Assembly (NCBI GenBank): GCA_964035575.1
Contig: OZ037837.1
Location: 1 to 64,000 of the forward strand
Source of the DNA: Rhynchopus sp. YZ270_cl-10
Lineage: Eukaryota
DNA length: 64,000 nucleotides
Direction of reading: 5' to 3'
The notes below the pieces were generated by a model. It was not told the origin of the DNA. It was given only the letters and a program-made list of their open reading frames with translations, and did no database searches. Position 1 is the first letter of the stretch. Each line of letters starts with the position of its first letter. This document shows positions 62,957 to 64,000 of the stretch, in pieces. Position numbers and translations under genes: made by a program.

Positions 62957-64000
62957 TTAAACACTCAGTGTCGCGGTCGCAGTTGGCTGTGTCCCCCTGC
63001 TGATCGAGTGTCTCGCCTTGTCGTTGACAGAGTTGAATCGCTCCTTAGGCGTGTACAGGGTGGTGGGGCTGGTAGGTCGGGCGAGCGGGAAGGAGTGCGG
63101 TCCCGACGTCGTCGGGCTTAGTTCCCCACCTGCATGTGTATGTGTCACAGACCTGCGTCTGCTACTGGGCGGGGCTTGGAGACCACCAGGACTGCTACGA
63201 CCACCACCACCGCCCCTCCCTGCCGCTACCAACTCAGCCGTGTCATACTGTCTAGCCTCGCCTGCTGGCACCCGCATCCCTACCAGAGAAAGCTCGCAGG
63301 ATTGGATAAGAGTCGGTGACTCTGAGAAAGCTCTGTCCGAGACTGGCAGCCAATGCGGGCTTGGCGGTACACTTGAGGGCGACTCTGGTGCTGGGAGTGG
63401 TGGAGACTCCTCGCGTGCAGAAGGTTCGTAGAGGACCTGCTGCTGCTGCTGCTGGATGACGTTGGTCTCTGTGGGTAGTGGTGCCTTGTGGTTCTTCTTG
63501 CACAGAAGGAAACCTGCAACGAGGCCGAACGAGAGGAACAGTAGTGCTGCGGCGATCACAATGAGGAGCACCTCGATACCCACACTGTTGTCGTCGTTGC
63601 TGTCGTCCTTCGAAGCAGCATCTTGCACTGGGGCTGCACCAGGTGACGGTGATGCAGGCGTCAGTGTTTCCCCTGGTGCCAACGTCGTGCTTGGTGCCAA
63701 TGTCACACCTGGTGTACCAGCTGGTGCAGACGTGACACCTGGTGTACCAGCTGGAGCTTCTGTGTCACCTGGTGCACCACCTGGAGCCTCTGTGACAGCT
63801 GGCACCTTCGTCGGCATCACAACCGTAACAGGCCGGGGTGTGGCAGGTACGTCCGTGGGTGCTGCTGTCGTGCCAGGTGCGAGGGTCTCCTTCTTATCCT
63901 TTTCAGGGAGAAGACGGTAGAAGAGGGGTCCGATGTTACGCTCAGAGATGACAGTCTGGAACATGTGTGTCGTGAGGCTGTACTCATCGATGCCTGCAGT
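62957..64000 (-). CDS. 3' part of the paralogue of the 56942-58879 membrane protein (continues beyond the window)
   Basis: Near-identical C-terminal 335 aa, with one extra stalk repeat. Confidence 0.85.
   Translation of the reverse strand, partial: TAGIDEYSLTTHMFQTVISERNIGPLFYRLLPEKDKKETLAPGTTAAPTDVPATPRPVTVVMPTKVPAVTEAPGGAPGDTEAPAGTPGVTSAPAGTPGVTLAPSTTLAPGETLTPASPSPGAAPVQDAASKDDSNDDNSVGIEVLLIVIAAALLFLSFGLVAGFLLCKKNHKAPLPTETNVIQQQQQQVLYEPSAREESPPLPAPESPSSVPPSPHWLPVSDRAFSESPTLIQSCELSLVGMRVPAGEARQYDTAELVAAGRGGGGGRSSPGGLQAPPSSRRRSVTHTHAGGELSPTTSGPHSFPLARPTSPTTLYTPKERFNSVNDKARHSISRGTQPTATATLSV

Larger units (their letters stand above)
53722..64000. repeat. Tandem segmental duplication (period ~6-6.5 kb) with copy-specific insertions
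   Basis: 53722-54036 ~ 60235-60549; ~54740-55047 ~ ~61355-61667; ~56178-56880 ~ ~61825-62720; gene 56942 ~ gene 62957. Confidence 0.9.

Overview
Repeat-rich eukaryotic genomic DNA. The short CA-rich GT-AG introns, degenerate receptor cyclases and Thr/Pro-stalked surface proteins suggest a euglenozoan such as a diplonemid; this is inference only. Left 28 kb: a (GCGGGTTT)n array (1-2326) runs into about 29 apparently identical 530-bp units. The last unit is split, with a 145-bp duplication, by a 5'-truncated poly(A)-tailed element. That element encodes the end of a CRE-type restriction-like endonuclease followed by an OTU-like protease and a Cys-rich finger. An intact tyrosine-recombinase (Crypton-like) element sits inside its poly(A) tail and shares an exact 21-bp hairpin-associated motif with every 530-bp unit. 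The 530-bp unit looks like an internally deleted member of a dispersed family with one fixed hairpin end (CTAAAAAAC-N4-GTTTTTTAGAAT); a 3.9-kb relative follows the array and holds a 594-bp foldback. Right 36 kb: minus-strand host genes (a CUB-like repeat membrane protein, two degenerate receptor-type nucleotidyl cyclases, two paralogous type I membrane proteins in a segmental duplication), interspersed with many non-autonomous TIR elements.
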